NCBI GenBank assembly: GCA_900769555.1
Contig: CAAGHA010000043.1
Location: forward strand, 30,175 to 94,174
DNA from: Bacteroidales bacterium
GTDB lineage: Bacteria > Bacteroidota > Bacteroidia > Bacteroidales > Paludibacteraceae
Reading direction: 5' to 3'
Length of the DNA: 64,000 nucleotides
Below are positions 62,881-64,000 of the stretch, piece after piece; within the stretch, counting starts at the first letter, position 1, and each line of letters opens with the position of its first letter. The position numbers were made by a program, and so were the translations under genes. Below the pieces are notes generated by a model, which saw only the letters and a list, made by a program, of their open reading frames with translations, searched no databases and had not been told where the DNA came from.

Positions 62881-64000
62881 TTATCCGTTAGGGAATTGTT
62901 TGTATGTGTTGAATGGGAATTTGATGTTAACTAAAGAACGCAAGGCTGGATTTGAAATAATGTATTCGCCAGCCGAAAGGCGTGTCATCATATTCTGATA
63001 GACTTTCGGTATGTACCGATAGTCGGATTTTGAAACTTCTATTGCGTTTGTTCTGCCGTAGGCGGAAGTGGCGCAGTTGCCTTTTACACGGTCGTGTATG
63101 GCACTGCGGAACTGCTCGACAGAGAATAAAATGATACCCAAAGAACGGCCTCGCTCTGTGATATCGAGAAGTTGATGCAGAATTGGCGAACTTTTAGGTG
63201 TGTCGTTCGATGCGTATTTGTTCAACTCATCAACAAAGATGATTACCTTTTTAGGCACATTGTTGCGTTCTGTGTCGAACTTCATTTCCCAAATGGCGCG
63301 TGCTACACTACCGAAAACAAAACCTTGCGTGTTGTCATCAAGCAAGGTGATGTCGATAACCATTACTTGACCGCCAACAAGGACGTTGCGTACAACGGTT
63401 GTGAGGTCGCGTTCGTGGTCGGCAACATTATCATTGAAAATGCCTTGCAAGTCAACTGCCTTGTTGATGATGCGCAGGAATTTTTTCCACGAAGATGGTA
63501 ATATTTCATTCCTTGCCCCTGTAGCGCTGCCATTAGCATATTGTGCAACAACGTCTTTCAATGTGTCCCACGTACTGACATTACTAAAATTCCCCTGCTT
63601 GTTGATGATGTAGTTGACACAACTTTCCATTGTGCCAGTGCTGTCGTCCTCGTTGGCAAGCAACAAATCAAGTTTGTCGATGTAGTTTTCACAGGGGAAT
63701 TTATAGGAGAAAGCCTTATTGTTTCCACGCTGCCGCTCAACATCTTTCGGGTCGGCATTTGTCAATACGTTGCTTGGACGCTGGTTGTCGTATGGATAAT
63801 AGTACGTAACATTTTGGAACGGCAACGGTTGCAAGCCCAACTCATCGGTATATATGGCTTTGTCCTTGTCTTTCAGTTCGGTATTAGGTTCGTCAATGGC
63901 CATCAAATCCCTGCCTTTGACATTGAAGAACACGAAAGCGATATCGTCGCCATCTTCGGTGCAAAATTTCTGCTGAATGGCATTGAGCAAGAACATTGAG
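62881..64000 (-). CDS. HerA/FtsK-superfamily (DUF87-like) ATPase, C-terminal 372 aa; the N-terminus including Walker A lies beyond the window
   Basis: The Walker B box is VIIFVDELNKYA. The sensor/arginine-finger region ITERGRSLGIILFSVEQFRSAIHDRVKGNCATSAYGRTN matches the HerA/VirB4 pattern EGRKyG..l.laTQrP..l...vlsqCnT.i.lRl.n. The frame is open to nt 64000. Confidence 0.6.
   Translation of the reverse strand, partial: SMFLLNAIQQKFCTEDGDDIAFVFFNVKGRDLMAIDEPNTELKDKDKAIYTDELGLQPLPFQNVTYYYPYDNQRPSNVLTNADPKDVERQRGNNKAFSYKFPCENYIDKLDLLLANEDDSTGTMESCVNYIINKQGNFSNVSTWDTLKDVVAQYANGSATGARNEILPSSWKKFLRIINKAVDLQGIFNDNVADHERDLTTVVRNVLVGGQVMVIDITLLDDNTQGFVFGSVARAIWEMKFDTERNNVPKKVIIFVDELNKYASNDTPKSSPILHQLLDITERGRSLGIILFSVEQFRSAIHDRVKGNCATSAYGRTNAIEVSKSDYRYIPKVYQNMMTRLSAGEYIISNPALRSLVNIKFPFNTYKQFPNG

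Noticed and set aside
59798-63999. Plus-strand ORFs (up to 268 aa at 61798–62604, 152 aa at 63541–63999, several at 59798–60970) antisense to the cassette genes
   Set aside because: They are an artefact of the locally higher GC, which reduces antisense stop codons. They have no motifs and lie opposite clearly coding sense frames.

Overview
This looks like a 64-kb chromosomal window from an AT-rich Bacteroidota genome, about 33–38 % GC by spot counts. Evidence for the phylum is the T9SS type-A and type-B C-terminal sorting domains, Bacteroidetes-type TTTG/TAnnTTTG promoter boxes, and the parA-parB-DUF5683-mltD gene order. Two co-oriented giant genes fill about 63 % of the window, a 5'-truncated one at 2–17014 and a 7,805-aa one at 17225–40642. 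Both encode arrays of ~78-aa Cys-containing repeats ending in a gliding-motility-associated (T9SS type-B) C-terminal domain, so they are SprB-like surface adhesin or filament proteins. They are co-linear paralogs at a nearly constant offset of about 23.65 kb, which implies an ancient tandem duplication of a gene at least 17 kb long. A housekeeping block follows: an AMP-ligase homolog, mutS2, an outer-membrane beta-barrel protein, DUF721, a hotdog thioesterase, a tiny T9SS C-terminal-domain-only ORF, DUF4105, gapA, a MurC-like ligase, mltD-DUF5683-parB-parA, and valS. The window ends with a tightly packed minus-strand three-gene cassette: a HerA/FtsK-like ATPase (N-terminus off-window), an Hsp90/MORC-like GHKL ATPase, and a B12-binding-domain radical SAM enzyme. 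The cassette is markedly more GC-rich (about 45–60 % in sampled windows) than everything else. I regard it as the best candidate for a horizontally acquired, uncharacterised defence or nucleic-acid-modification system. No tRNA, rRNA, CRISPR array, transposase or integrase was recognised in the window.
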